Shown: piece after piece, positions 58,275 to 58,500 of the stretch | Layout: the number at the start of each line of letters is the position of its first letter | Numbering within the stretch: the first letter of the stretch is position 1 | Assembly (NCBI GenBank): GCA_947378275.1 | Contig: CANCJD010000001.1 | Location: 1-58,500 of the forward strand | From: Comamonadaceae bacterium | GTDB taxonomy: Bacteria > Pseudomonadota > Gammaproteobacteria > Burkholderiales > Burkholderiaceae_C | DNA: 58,500 nucleotides | Reading direction: 5' to 3' | Position numbers and translations under genes: made by a program | The notes under the pieces: model-generated | Seen by the model: the letters and a program-made list of their open reading frames with translations, nothing else | Database searches by the model: none | What the model was told of the DNA's origin: nothing

Positions 58275-58500
58275 TTGAGGCCTCGCCTAAATCAGGTTAG
58301 ACTAGCCCTCCCGTTGCAACACACAACGGCGGACTGGAAAGAAAAAATTCCAAGTTTTTTGCTTCAGTCTCAAAAACTGTGTCATAATCGAAGGCTTCGC
58401 TGATCACGGCGAAGCAAAAAAAGTAGGGTTTTGGCTCTACGTAGATCATTAAAAATTTACAGCCGATAAGCGTGGGCGTTTGAAAGCGATTGCCAAGTTC
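58275..58500 (+). promoter_or_regulatory. rRNA operon promoters and 5' leader (16S gene would lie beyond the window)
   Basis: TTGAGG-17-TAGACT (58275-58303) and TTGCTT-18-CATAAT (58359-58388), boxA-like GATCATTAAAAAT (58444-58456), then ACAGCCGATAAGCGTGGGCGTTTG resembling betaproteobacterial rrn leaders. Confidence 0.75.

Overview
GC-rich betaproteobacterial chromosome segment; protein sequences and gene order point to Comamonadaceae (Rhodoferax/Curvibacter-like; inference). Mostly housekeeping genes: an EamA-LysE-ABM-PhzF-aldolase cluster, an orphan SBP plus acyl-CoA ligase, a type II secretion cluster (gspC, gspG-N, gspD/E/F), pntAA/AB/B, fadD, corA, hpf-ptsN-hprK, hexR-zwf/tal-pgi, rep, priA, hemE, a dynamin-like GTPase directly upstream of a Pil-Chp operon (pilG-H-I-J-chpA), dsbD, DUF167, a B12 radical SAM, creatininase, a histidine phosphatase and the start of an rRNA operon leader. 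Most notable non-gene signals: (1) a twice-repeated ~240 bp IHF-DnaA-Fis-IHF-DnaA module, offset 421-422 bp, between priA and hemE; (2) a palindromic element inserted in frame in rep; (3) a 7-codon uORF coupled to a hairpin in the corA leader; (4) tandem terminator-like hairpins in the hpf leader; (5) the dynamin-Chp block with its own operator-like repeats. No CRISPR array, tRNA, transposase or integrase was seen. All calls are from visual motif recognition; no database searches were run.
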